Shown piece after piece: positions 26,201-39,974 of a DNA stretch of 64,000 nucleotides (position 1 is its first letter; each line of letters begins with the position of its first letter). The position numbers and the translations under genes are program-made. The notes under the pieces are model-generated. The model saw nothing but the letters and a program-made list of their open reading frames with translations, was not told where the DNA came from and did not search any database. Origin of the DNA: Trichinella spiralis. Lineage: Eukaryota. The stretch covers positions 9,284,849-9,348,848 of the forward strand of contig NW_003526943.1 in NCBI RefSeq assembly GCF_000181795.1, read 5' to 3'.

Positions 26201-28256
26201 ATGTACCACTGCTTCATTTATAAATGACCAATAAGTGCTTATAAATGTAAATATTTTTATAACAATCTTATCCATAAAATTTATCTGTGACGATTAGAGA
26301 TTGCGTATAAAATCAATCATTCTAATTTATTTCACACAATTTGACTAGCAGTAGCACACAAGCCTTTAAATGTAAAGTTAAATTTTTAATTAGTAATAAT
26401 AAAGTTGTCATGATCTGCTTGATTAAAGAATCAATGTTTTCTTGAAATGTCAGTACAACAATCTGCGAATTTCTGTTTTCTTAATTGCATAGCAAGCTAA
26501 TAATTACGAATTATTCAGCAATTTTACATTTTCTGGAGCTAAAGATACAACATTTATATGGTGTCATGTTCAATTTTTCTAATCATATTTTTACTTTACA
26601 TTTTATTCAGATGTTTTAACAGAATTTTTAGAAATCCGTAACAAATAATTTAAATGATGATAATTTGTTTTCCACATAGATAAATAACAAAAGACTGAAA
26701 ATCGAATGAAGACGATAAATGATTTTATTGTTATTTTGCTGATTTACTTCCTTAAACCAAAAATTATCTCTAGCAGAAGAACTGAAAAACTACTTGATAT
26801 TATATAGAAATTTATATTTTTGACTGCTCATGATTATTTTTAAAGTATTATAAACTCCAATAATTTCAAATTAATTAAGTGTTTTATATAAAACATTAAT
26901 TTTAATTTTAATAGCGCTTAAAATTTCTTCAAAAATATTCATCGATGCGTAACTATAAGGTAAATTAAAAATATCCTAATAGTATTTTTTAAATCACAAC
27001 TTAAATATAAAAACCAAACTCTATTTTAAAATATGATGATGAAATATTCAAATTCATAAATTCCTGATCTATAATGTAAAAGAAACATTAAAGAATACTC
27101 TGATTAATGAGGTACGCAATTCTGAGAACAACTTCAAAATTGAATTTTAAAGTTGATAAATTATGATGATATTCATTTTGATTACAAAAAAATTAACGGA
27201 ACAGAAGAAGAGATGTTTAAAATGCTTAATTTGAAATTTCAGGCTGCAAGTATAAATATATTCTAAAAAACAGACAAAAAGCCGTTTTCTTTCATTATGA
27301 GTTTAAAAAACTACGTGATAAAATAATTAATTGTTAATAAAAGTTTCATTTAATTCATCATCACCTGCATTCAGTGCTTAAAAATAGCTAAATCTGAAGT
27401 TAAAAAATGTCTTGCATTCATAATAAATAAGAGACATATTAGTGGAAATCATCAATAAAGGAAGAATAGCATAAAAAATAATTCAAAAAATGTACATAAA
27501 TTTGATAAAATCATTAAATATGTACAAAAAATGCAGATTTTTTTATTTAACTCCTAAGTAACAAATTCTACAGTAAAACCATAAAAAATGAATAGCTGCA
27601 TTTGAACATTTTAAAATTACTACTTTAAATCTTGACCAAAAATGTTAACGTTGCTTTTAATATGTAAAGTTATAAAAAGAGGGTAAAATAAATTGAAAAC
27701 GAATACGCTTTCACAAATAATAATTCACTCAAGTGTGTAAAATAGCATTGCATCATCAACTGTGAAATAGAAGGAAATCAGCATCCGATACTGTTTCAGT
27801 GCATGAAACATTTGAGAGAAAATTCTTTTCCATTTATGAAGTGGATATAATTTAATTAAAAATATTATACATAAATAAAAGTTACTTACTGTTCGTAATG
27901 TTGCGATTGTGAAATTGTTCTTCATATTGTAGTTGCTGTTCGAGCATAGAATTTGCCACTGTAGACCTTTGGATGGAGAAATTCCCTAGTTCCGGGTTGG
28001 ATTTCACAGATTGTAATCGTCGTCTTTTGGATCGTTTTGTTACAATCGACGGCTCGTAAGCCAGTTCCGTTTCACCGTGAAGAAGTTTCATTGCAGTTGC
28101 TTGACTTGGCTGAGCCTCAGAAAAGCTCGCCTCTACCACCACTGGCGACCCGTAGCAGTGGCCATAGCTGGTCAGCAGCTGAGGCGCGTAGTCGATCATG
28201 TCCATTCCATGTGAGCCAATGGCCGCCGAGCAGCCGGTCATTTGGACAACAGCCAT
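11208..28256 (-). CDS. ETS1: ETS1/ETS2/Pointed-subfamily transcription factor with PNT (SAM) and ETS domains, about 634 aa
   Basis: Phase-compatible GT-AG exons 28256-27890, 16635-16519 (LPPLTP MAPK site), 16315-16115 ([16 protein letters not shown]...GDILWEHL), 16020-15895, 15828-15622, 13274-12768, 12699-12542 ([15 protein letters not shown]...[10 protein letters not shown]), 11429-11208 ([35 protein letters not shown]). The most 5' exon is the least certain. Confidence 0.92.
15135..15177 (-). CDS. Candidate alternative first coding exon of the ETS gene (PNT-less isoform)
   Basis: [17 protein letters not shown] followed by a GTAAGG donor; phase 1 fits the acceptor at 13274. Upstream TTTTATAG acceptor-like site at about 15264. 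Confidence 0.5.
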
Positions 28257-31172
28257 TTTTTTCTGATCTCGTTTTTTGGCTAATTCACCTGCAAAATGAA
28301 GTTAGAAAATGAAAAAATATGAAAAATAATAAACTGCAGTAAAAAAAATTTTCCTCACTTGAATTTATATGTATATGGAGAATGGAGATTAAATAAATAA
28401 ATAAATATATATATATATATATATATAGATGTAGATAAGGTTTGGTCAGATTTGTGACAAAGTTTTAACAGAGAATTGAGATGAATGAACGTTTCGTTTA
28501 CTACAAATAAATGTGACAGCTGACTCAGTCACGCTTCAGTTGACTTCTGCGGCAATGAGGGGGATGCGTTTAGCCTTTTAGAAAGCTTTTCGAAGAGGCT
28601 TGTTGCATTTTTATGAATGAACGGCAGAAATTAAATGGCCATGAATTGAACCTATGCGTGCCGGTCAGGCAGGACAATAAGCGATTAACATGTCTTGCTA
28701 ACATTCCAAAGCAGCTGCGGATATTTTTTACTTCAACTTGCTACATTCAATTTCAAATCAAATATAGAATAATTGCTTTACCTTTGATAAAGCCGCTTGG
28801 GCTATAGGGCGATTTGAATTTATCTTATCAGCACATTCAGAAGACTCATTTGTGTTTCAAGCAATGAAAATTATTGCATTAGTAAAATATTGATTATTCA
28901 TTCAAGGAAATTTGGTGAAATAAGCAACAGTGTATGATTCATGAATTGTAAATTGAATGAATGAGCATTTTCTAAATTTTATTCAACAAATATTTCAAAG
29001 CTAACAAAAATTCTTTTATTTAAAGCAGCTGACTTGACAAATCTATGAGCAATTGACAAAAAAAAACTTTATACGTTAGAACTTTCAAATTTTAACATTT
29101 TCTAATATTCACTTTAGATTTATAGTCTCATTTTTTTAAAAATAAATTAGTGAATCAATTTCACACTGATATTTTCACATAAACGTTTACAACATTAAAT
29201 TTATTTTAAAAAATAATCAGTGCATATTTTATAAGTTTTCAGGTATTGCATATTACTTGAGATTATACATACTGGCGGTAAATTAAGAGTAACTAATTTA
29301 CTAATATTAATTTACTAATAAGATTATACATACTAACGGTAAACAAAAACTAATTTTTATTTCAAATAAATTAAATTTCCTTATTTAAAAAACTTTTGCT
29401 AAAATTCAAGTTTTAAGCTACTGCAATGTTAAAAAAAAACTTACATATAAGTTAAATGGTTTATTTTTAATTCATATTTAATATTTACATAATTATGATA
29501 ATTAAGCATTAAATCTTGCTAATTGTAAAAACAAATTTAATAAGTTAAAAAATTATAATAAAGGGTTTTGTTGAGTTCAAAAACAGATATTTTTGAACAA
29601 AAATATCACTGAAATATATTTTAAAAAAATAAAAAGGACGCTAAAATTTGACAGTTAGCTGAGCGGAAATCATGTGATCTGAATTTTGAATATTAAAGCC
29701 ACAGCTTAAACGAATGGCAGAAAATAAAGTCACTTTTTTTACAATGATGACTTTTTCAGAAAAGTAAATTTAAATGAATGCAAAAAACACTGTCCGTTTG
29801 GTGTATACCAAGTTAAGCTAAATCGCATGATTTTTTTGACACTTATTTGATTAGGTCAACAGCTGAACAACGTACAAAGAAGCAATCGCCGTGTTCAGTG
29901 AGAAATAATTCTAGGTCGCTTGGGGTTGTGTGAAAGGTGACCACAGGGTCAGTTAATTGTGAAATCAGTATTTGACTGGCAAGCAAGCAGTAGCTGGTGA
30001 CCCAAATGATGCTGGTATTTAAGCTAAAGCTTGACTGTGCAGCTGTTTGCGTAGTAAGCATTAGCTTGTTTGGATTCATTGACCCCCTGGTGTCAGTAAG
30101 CTTGAATGGCAATAGAAAAAATTCACTATCTATGGTCATTTGCTTCTCTAAAAAACAGTTAATATTCTGTCCTCAAATGACCAACATGTGCGACACGAGA
30201 CCTTCGGCAAAAGTGTGGTACTATGAATGATTTATGAGTAAAAAAAACAAAAAATATGACACATGTTCAAGGCCAATATAATTAACATCATCTGTTGATT
30301 TCATAACTTTTGACAACCAGCAGCAGATACTATGATTTTATATTAATGATTTATCTTTAGAATGTCTTTTTAACTATGATCTAAAGTTTAATTTTATTCT
30401 TTAACTTTTTTACTTTTAATTAACTCTTTTATGTACACGTAAGTAGAATACATGATTTAAATATTACACATAGAAATCATCAGTAAAATTTCTTAGTTTC
30501 TTAGCTTTGAAATTTAGAAGTCACAAGTATAGAGTATTTTTAATCACTAAACTGACCGAACTGCATCCAGAGTAATTTTGGAAAAAAATTGAAGGAACTT
30601 TTCAATTATCTAAAATATCAGTGATACGAACTTTCCTAACCATAAAAGATATTTACGAAATTTTTTATCTGCTATCAAATTTTTGAAATAAATTCTACAT
30701 GTTATCAGATTCATTATTATTACAAAAAATATACATTGCAATTATGTCACATGTCAATTTTTAATATAAGTAAATAAAAACTCATATATTAATGTGTGAT
30801 GCAACTGAAAATTGACTAAAACATCAAATTTGCATAAATTTTATCAAAGAATTTTACTTTAAACTAATTGATTGATAGCTTAGAACAAGACTAAGAACAG
30901 CAGAAGGCAGAATTCAATATTGCATCATTTAAAATTGTGCATTAAAATTTTAAAATTCAAATATGAGAAAAATAAAACATGAAATACTTACTAAAATATT
31001 AAAATTAGGTAAACCGGACTTTCACAAAATGAACTGAAGCACTGGCTTGAATATGCTGAATCCAGGTAAAAAATCAGCAAGCAGATTTCCAGCCAGTCAC
31101 GCCAAGAGTTGTGGTTGAATTTTTCGAACCCATATAACAATTTTTATGGAATGTTTTTAATATCTGCTACAA

Positions 31173-32100
31173 ACCGGAAACCTAAAATTATAGATTACCG
31201 AATAAAGCACTTGACCGCATATTTTGCTTGTTTAGCATAAACAACGCCTAAAGCATCTGACAAAGGAAAAAGTACCCACCGGAAGTGATCTACAGATAAC
31301 AATGGAAAGCGCTAACTTTTGCGCAAAAATATGAAGCTGAAAAGAAATGCGACCTCACAAAAATCCGCCTTCACCACGGATACCGGAAATTGTTTTAACA
31401 AAGCCTATCTTTAATCTTGTTCTCATTTTTGCAATGGTTTTGTTTCGTTGTTTGTCAATGTGACCTTTTTATTGTTTGTGACATGATTTGATTACCATGT
31501 ATGTAGCTTAAATCGATTAGCTAAGCTTGCGTATATTTCAGCAGTACAATTTTGATACAAAGACTAATTAATATGTAGGGATCAGTCTACAAAGCTGAGA
31601 ATTAATTATGAAAAACATTAAGAAAAATTTTACTCAGAGTTGAAATTTTAAAAGATGAAATCAAAAATTTTTCTAAATATAAAGTTAACATGAAGATGAG
31701 ATATTAATTATTTATGACTTTCAAATTATAAACTTGTAGCACAACTAACATATATCACATTCTACTAATTGTAAAGATTTTGACATTTAATAGAATTTAA
31801 CAGATGAAAAGTTTGCTCATTTTCGAAACTTTTATAAAACTGACTAGTTTCATTTAGTTAGGATGTTTATTTTCAGTATTAAAAGATTTTTAATTTAATA
31901 AACATTTAAACATTCTGTAATAATAAAGTATTGTTGGTTAGATTCGTTACATTGAAAGTTGGAAGCTTCTCAAAAAATATTTATTTAAATTATCGACTCA
32001 TCGATTCAAATGTTTCAAATTTTCTATTATTCCGTATATTTCCAAACTAAAAATAAACACCAGGCTAAACATTAAACTACTTCCGGATAATACTTCCTGC
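31173..32100. promoter_or_regulatory. Cluster of class I ETS binding motifs upstream of the ETS gene
   Basis: ACCGGAAA 31173, ACCGGAAGTG 31278, ACCGGAAAT 31382, ACTTCCGG 32079 and ACTTCCTG 32092 in otherwise very AT-rich DNA. Confidence 0.5.
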
Positions 32101-33572
32101 TAAATAAAAAAACAGTCATACATTTGCATAAATTATTAAAAAAATGTATTGACTGCATTATTAAATTTATTCATGCATATAAAAACTGAAATATTAGAAT
32201 AAAGAAATTACTGAAATATTGGTGCAAATATAAGAATTCATGAATACCTGAATATGAATTTTCTTGGTATGCAGAAAAAGGGAACGGTAAATTTCAGCTA
32301 AAACCAATTCAGATACTGAAGACTCAGCAGCAAAATTCAAAATGCACTGGCACAAATTTCAAAATCTTCATCGTTTTGATATTACAAATTTCACCTAATA
32401 AAGCAATAAAGAATTGTAATGGTGCAGATTGGAACGTATATGATTTGTCAGTGCCGATGGCCTGTTAGACGCCCCGTGAGGTTCAAAGAGCCATTTTAAA
32501 AATGACCTTGCTTTCTTCACTGTTAACAGTTAAAAGAAGTAGTTTTAGCTCTCACAAATAATAAAGTGTCCGCAATTACCTCGAGGATATAAAATGACCT
32601 TCGACCAATTTTATTAATAAAAACTGAATTCATAACATACAAATGCAATGCATGGAAAACTTGCTTAACTTTTAATTCAATAAATTTCTTTTCAAAAAAG
32701 TTTCCGCTCTGCTTTGTACAAATCCATATTTACAGTTATGCACATGCAATCAATTTAAAATTTCAGTAAATACTTGCAATATACTTTTATGAATGGGTAT
32801 AGCAAAGTAATATGCAAAATTGAAAATGTAAAAAATACATTATTTCACAAATGCAAGTAATGTTGTTTCTGGTCAGTTAGGGTAAAATTTTATTATAATA
32901 GATGTGGGATTTTTTAAATCAGTTGTATCTTATATACAAATGCACAGAAAATGACAATTTTAATCATAATATATCTGAAAAAAATCAATGCTTTAAACTA
33001 TTTAAATATAAAGAAGCAATATGCTTTATTGCACATTTCGCCTATACAGTTCTCTCCATTTACTCAAGAAAGTAAGAACAACCATATTACATAATAATTA
33101 TTTTGAAAACTTACATTTTAAATTACAGTTTAGGATTTCACTAATTTTAATTAAAAACTTTCAGAAACATCTGCATATTAATTTTCTGCTATATAAGTTT
33201 AAAGAAAACAATATTTTAATAAAACTTTTTCATATTTAAAAAGAATATTACATTGGCATATTAAATAAAATACTTTATCTTACATTTGATGCTTTAATTA
33301 ATATTTTATATTGGCGTTTATTAAAATGTAAAATGTTACACAGTATAGTTCTGCATCTTTGAGAAAGAAATACGGTTGGCAAAATTAGCTTATCACTTGA
33401 ATAAATTCTTTGTCATCGAAAAATTAAATTAATATGATTGTAATATAAAGAAAATTTTTTGAAAATTTTATTGCAATGAATGTCTGTTTTAATATCCAAC
33501 ACAAGTTTACAATTTTCTAAATTTATCGGTGCACTAAATCTCTAAATGTATTTTGCATTTCGTCAATTTCTA

Positions 33573-35321
33573 CTAACAAATTATTTCTGCTTGCCTCAAA
33601 TCATTATTTACAAACTGTACTTTGCACTGGGGATTTCACTGGAGATGAAACTACTTTGCTTGAGTCATTTACATCTGCATATTTCTTGAAATGGGTCCAT
33701 ATAATGAATAACATGTAATTATATATGTATATATTAAAATAAAAAATGTCAAGAAAAAACATACCGCTTGAACTTTGCAAAATTTCTTCACCAAAGTTAT
33801 ATCATACGCTGTTATTATTCCTACTGTCTGAGCACCTTCAACTTTAACTAATTTATGAAACACACCAGACGCGTGCTGCTTGTCCCATTCCAACAATATT
33901 TTTGTGATGGTATTTTGTGTTTCTATTGCCACTTCTTCTCGCATTGTGGAAGCCTTTACTACTGGTATATTCACAGTCTGAAACTGCAATTTTATAAAAA
34001 AAAATAGTATTAAATTAAAAATCAGTGCTGCAATTTCAGAATTTGTTGGACATTTTTAATAAAGTGATGTTAGAAAATAAGCTATTGAGCTCACAATAAA
34101 CTCTTAAAATTTTCCATTAAATTATTTATAAATTATGTTTTTTTAAATAAAATACTATGGGAAGACTTCAAATAATTATAAAATTTCGAGATATAGTTTA
34201 AATTATTTTAAGATGAAATGAGTAATTACATGATAAAATTAAATCTGCATAATAATACATTCCATTACAGCTGCAAGTGCTGAAGACTTTCGCGCACATT
34301 TCACAGTCACTTTCTTTGGATCAAAATACAAATATTTTACTGTGCATGGCATGCATACTGTACTTTGAAGCAATTTTTGTTCATTGACTAAATGTGAAGT
34401 AAACACCAATAAATACACGGGATAATGAATTCTGCATTCATATGAAATTAATTACATCATTTGCTAGACATGAAGTAAGTTCTAATTCAACATCAAAGAA
34501 TGGTGATATTCTTTGAGTGAAACCCATTTTTAATTTCAAGTAATTTTTTGAAATAGCCAAATGATTGAGTTTTGTCCCATTCAAATAAAGCTTCTTTAAC
34601 TTTTCTTCTGACTCGCAGATCTGCATTATTATATGCACGGTTTGACATAGGGGACTGCTTGCGCCCAATGGAATCTAGCGAAGAATGTCTTCTAATTTGC
34701 TGTTAACCCATTGATAAATCAAAAGAAAAAACTTTCTTAACTTTGTCTTCGCTAGTTTTTATTGCAATAAATTGAAAATTCTAGACATATTAACAATAAA
34801 TATCACACTATATTAATATATTCTATGAATGCGTAATTTGATTTGAATCACATGCTTTGATTAAGTAATGATAATTAAAAATAATTTTATTTTGCTGTAA
34901 ATAATGAAATTTCAAATGCTTCCGTATTTCAATAATTGTTAAATTATTTTATATCTCAGCAATAATAATTGTTGTTACATGGAAAAATTATGCGCACATT
35001 TATCGTTGGAAAATTTCCAAAACATTACATTACATTCTTCTCATAATGTGAGAACTTTAATTCATTGTTTATATCTTATTTTTACTTTAAAAGAAATTTT
35101 AGAATGTTTACGCATATGCTGAGGTTGAAGCAATGTCAACACATAATAATGACAGACTGAATTTTGGGAAGGATGTTTAAAACTCAAGCTGCTACTTTTA
35201 TCAAGCAAAATATATACAATATGATTATTTCTTGAAACAAAACCAATTAACTTACCATTGATGTAGTAAAATTAATTGTCGAGAAAGCAGCAAATATAAT
35301 GCAATAATAATTTAAATACAT
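33573..35321 (-). pseudogene. Secreted multi-cystatin-like domain (MCD-1-type) gene, probably a pseudogene
   Basis: Signal-peptide exon 35321-35256 (MYLNYYCIIFAAFSTINFTTSM). Domain exons 34699-34456 (KVKEALFEWDK...KKLLEI, +1 frameshift near 34520), about 34388-34270, 33983-33765 (EWDKQHASGVFHKLVKV...QTVGIIT; 219 nt) and a terminal CKVQF...EIIC* exon with an AG->GG acceptor and a frameshift. Confidence 0.7.
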
Positions 35322-36922
35322 TCTTTTTTGCTTTAGAAAATGAAATTTCTTTTTCTTTGATAAGGCGACATATATGCATATTTATACGCATCATTCCTGG
35401 CGTAATTCCAAAACGGCTCTTTACGACAAGTAAATAAGCATTTACACCGCACATTTATGTTAATACACTATTTTTTAGCAATTGCTATTGCCTGTACATT
35501 GTTTAGGTATATGCATTTATAATTTTAAAAGTATCCTTTTATCTATGACTAACATTGCACATATATTTGAATAAAAACCCTGCTGTTCAGCAGCTATTTG
35601 TCAGTAATTATGTTATGTTTTGATGTGCTAAAGTCACAACAACAGCATGTTGCATTAAAGTAATTCGACTTGCTTGCATGCTTATACAGAAAAATATTTT
35701 TCACCATTAACAAATATTCAAATGTGAACAAACGTTAAATAGAGCTGAACTTGCTAAATAACTTACAACTTCATTAATAACAAGCATTGAAATTTACATT
35801 TTATGTAATAAACATTTTCATTTCTACATATTTAAACAGCTTAATGTAGCGCCAAAAATTTTAGTTTTTAAATCTGCGGCATTCGTTTCAACTATTTCTA
35901 AAAGGTTTTTTTATAGTCTTTTGAATATACTTAGCAGCAAAATTACATATGCTACATGTTAGGATGTTTTGCGCAGATGTAAAAATAAAAAATATTTGTA
36001 GTGTTAAAATATTATAGCAGTTTACATAAATAATATATAGTTCAACAGCTCATAGAAATCGAATTGACACTGATTGACCACTACCATAAGAGAAACTTGT
36101 CAAAAGAAAGTTTTGATTGCTTTTCTACATCGCAAACGGCAATAGATAAAGTGACAATGATAAAACGTTTCCGCTTTTAAGTTGATTAAAAATGTAAATA
36201 TTTGACCTGTTTAAACATGCAATTTTGTGAAACGTAATTTTAAAAGTAGATTCTGAATTACAATGCAAAATAATAAACTCTTTAAGTATTTCATGACATC
36301 TTCATTAGTGCACATTTCGATTCCACTTTTATATTTTGCATTTTACAAATTAGTACATATCTAAATTTATACATTTTGAAACTTGCAGATATTTTGCATG
36401 CTACAATTTAAAAAATTTCCAAATATTTACAATTTCGAAATATTAATTTGAAAGCTGTAACAATGTTTAGAATAAGTGCATTCATATACATTAACGGCTA
36501 CATAGCAATTAATACAGATATTGCATACATTAACGGGATTTTCATATAATTATTGCTTTATTCAATTTTTAAAGTTTAATTTATTCATTCTAAATAAGGA
36601 AATCAGTTTTATAATATAAATAGCGGTTTAACTTTAAGGGTATTTTTTAAAGCAATCAATTCTAATTGAATGTCTGTTTCCACATTGACATTTCATTATG
36701 ATTTGACTGCTCTGCTTATTAAATATTGGCATTGAACTTTCTTTTCTATATTTATCAAAGACAAAGATAAACAAAAGTTGCTGATAAAGATAAAGAAATG
36801 CACAACAAATGTTCATCTAGTATGGTGATAAGATGCATGCTTTAGTATTGCCTGGCTACATTTTTCCTTGCTGGTATTTCATTAATTAAATTGCATATAT
36901 ATATACTTATATGTTTTGCAAG

Positions 36923-38861
36923 ATGGATGCGTCAATTTTTTACAATATTCAGCATTTATCAGAGGCTTACAGTATTTTACTTTTATTAATTTTTGGTTGC
37001 TTTTCTCTTGGAGAAATGATCATTTATTTACACGCTCATTCTCTTGCGCTACGTTTAGCAGCATGCCATACAATTGATTTGGCCGTGATTTGCGCTGGTC
37101 ACGTATGGAAGAAAACCATCGTCAATAAGGTTGGAATTTAAATCCTTGTTTTACAATTTTAAATTTAATTTATAAAACTGATTAAAAAAATAAACAATTA
37201 GTAAATAACTTCCTTTTAATTATTATGATACATTGTAAACCAAAGAAAATTATTTTATTTGAAATGTTCAGGACCATTTCACATTGAAGTCAATGAAAAA
37301 GATACACTCAAAAAATAATAATAGATTGATGCGAAGCAGAGTTAATTTTCTTATTCCTAGTAGCAAATTGCTCATTTATGCATATTATTATTAGTTGATT
37401 GAGATTAAATATATTACTTTAAATGCATATGGATTGTTTTAATGGTGGTAGTTTTAATTTAAGTTGGACAAAAATCGTTTTATGACCATGTGGTTTGTTG
37501 TCTGTATGGTTTGCATGGTCGGCTTCTGTGTTGTCAATATCATCCACTCTCTGCAGATGCTAATTCATCGACACGACTTTGACATTCACATGCCTTTTAC
37601 TCTGCTCATTACAGTGCTTGTGGAATTTATTGTCAAATCTATAGGAATGATATTTTTGGGTAACAATTTATATTTTATTCATCCTGATTATTTCTCACAT
37701 ATATGATTTTTTTTGTTTCAGATTTTGGTCTCACTTATTCTCGTTCGACTATTCCCATTCGAACGTTATTTATTTTATCACCGGCTTTTGCCGTACTTAC
37801 CATTGCTGCTTTGCGCTATTTAGGCTATAGTTATCTGGTTCTATGGCTTGATCCAGTTTTGACGATCTGCACTTGTTTCATCTTGTCAGTTTTGTCAATT
37901 TTATCAGGTAACTGTAAACAATTCTAAACGAATTTTAAATATTAACTTTATTAAATTGCTAATAATTGAGATTATTCAGTGACTTTCTAAAATACATTGA
38001 TAATAACAACAGCATCATTGCTGTAATGCAATATTTCATGCAAAAAATAATAAACAAATTGAAAGTTCTTGTTTCATAACTAATAATATTAATAAAATAT
38101 AATCTGAGCAATTTAATATTTTAATTTAATATTTAACTAATAATGTCATTTTCAAGTATTATAATTTACATTATCGACATTTTTGTTGAATAATATTGAT
38201 CATGGGTAATTAAAAAAAACAAATTTATGATAATTTTTATTACCATACTTTTAATGCAAATTAAATAATTTAAGCTGCTGATTATATATCTGTCTTGCTA
38301 ATGGCGGTTCCTAAAGAGGTGAAATTGGAAAATTTTGAAAGCAAGTTCAAGTTACGGGTAATCTTTATGTCATGCACAGAAAACTGCATGTTTTTAATCT
38401 CCGTTTTCATAGTTTCCTGGTGAAAAGTTTCATCAGCTTCACGTATGGGCGGACACAAAAAATCACTTCAATTTGAGCGTTCACATGCGATTTAAAAAAT
38501 CAGAAAATTATTTGCAAAACTTTCAATCCATCAAGTCCTTCTTTTCAGAGCATGGAATTACAATGGCCGTTTTGCAGCCAGAGTTTGAAGTAATAATAAT
38601 TTCTTTTAATACATTTAATTTTTCCAAATATTGCATCATAAATTTTGAATGACCATTTTATGATAACACTACTCTTTTGTGATTTATTTAGCCAAGCATG
38701 TGCTAATAATATAATGATATATATTCAGATAAATTTCCATATTCTACAGAATTTCTAAAGTTATTGTGTATACATTTTAGAAAGCAACTACAGATTCTGG
38801 AAATGAATGTCTTTTCGAAAAGAAATCTGAAATTATTGAAACAAAAGAAGTACTGGTCTGA
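36923..38861 (+). CDS. Cation diffusion facilitator (SLC30/ZnT1-like) membrane protein, divergent, about 332 aa
   Basis: Exons 36923-37129, 37272-37340, 37464-37659, 37722-37907, 38275-38357, 38413-38589, 38781-38861. Several hydrophobic segments, plus WLDPVLT, LLMAVPKEV, HQLHVW and HGITMAVLQPEF motifs typical of TM6 and the C-terminal domain of CDFs. Confidence 0.8.
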
Positions 38862-39974
38862 TTATCTGATACTGCTGCATAATTTTATATTTGCTTAAAA
38901 GATATTTTATGATTGTTAAACTAAATTCAGTGCTGGTAAACAATAAATGCATGTATTCTGCAATAATGTTTCATCGAAAAATGAAACTACTCAGTAATTT
39001 TAATACCTGGTTAGGAACTTTTTCATAAAATAGCAAGCATATCAGTCTTCAGTGATAAGCCAATTTTAGTTAAAAATAAACAATATTTAAAATTTATATA
39101 CTTTTTAAGGTAAATATTTTTTTATCAACATACATTTAATTTGAAGTTAACATAATTAAAATGAGTGCTACGTTTTTACTGTTTATTAAGAGACAGCAGT
39201 TGTTTAAAGGATTGCATGAACAGCAGCTGTCAACAACACAAAAAATTTATATCTATACATTCATAAGTGATACACCAATATCATACTCCCATAATGTAAA
39301 CTAAGAAGATAAAAGAAAAAAATATATATATAGTGGTGTTTAAGAAATGTTTTTGCAGAACTTTTAAAAATATATCAAAATTTGCCTTATAAAAATAATA
39401 TCTGGTACTTGACATTCAAAAAATCTGAAAAGCAAAAGCTACAAATAAAATAAATAAAATGCATGCAGAGCTTAAGTTAACAGTTCATGTTACAGCAGAA
39501 AATAAGTTCCAACTTACTTATCATTGTTGAAATATAACTGGAAGTTAGTTTCCTGTGCACTAATCAGACTAAAATTATAGAATTTAAACACACTGTAAGT
39601 ACTGTGGAATTATATTTCACAAATTGTCTAGAACAATTTGTTTGGTCAGATATGTAGAATCAAATAGGAATAATAAAATTTTACTTAAAAAAATCACAAA
39701 AGTTACAAACTATTATATTATACTTTTCAAATAAAAGTTTTTTATTCAAAATGTTTGACAAAGTAAGGTTGCAATGAAATCATCTTACAACATTGTACCT
39801 ACTTTCCTGATATGGTATTTAATCATGTTGCGCACAGTTATTTATTACTATGAAGGTTTTAATAATCTGTTTTGGGAAAATTATTTTAAAATTATTTTAA
39901 GAAACAAAGCTTTTTGTTAATTATGATGAATTATTAATTTGATAAATTTTTTTACAAGTTTTGTATTGTTCAGC

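Noticed and set aside
28385..28430. (TAAA)n/(TA)n run
   Set aside because: Ordinary microsatellite.
29260..29356. Two-copy direct repeat AGATTATACATACT..CGGTAAA with a period of about 61 bp
   Set aside because: Simple local tandem duplication in eukaryotic DNA; not a CRISPR array.
35532..35541. GTATCCTTTT, a perfect U12-type 5' splice-site motif
   Set aside because: No adjoining exon or U12 branch site could be identified.
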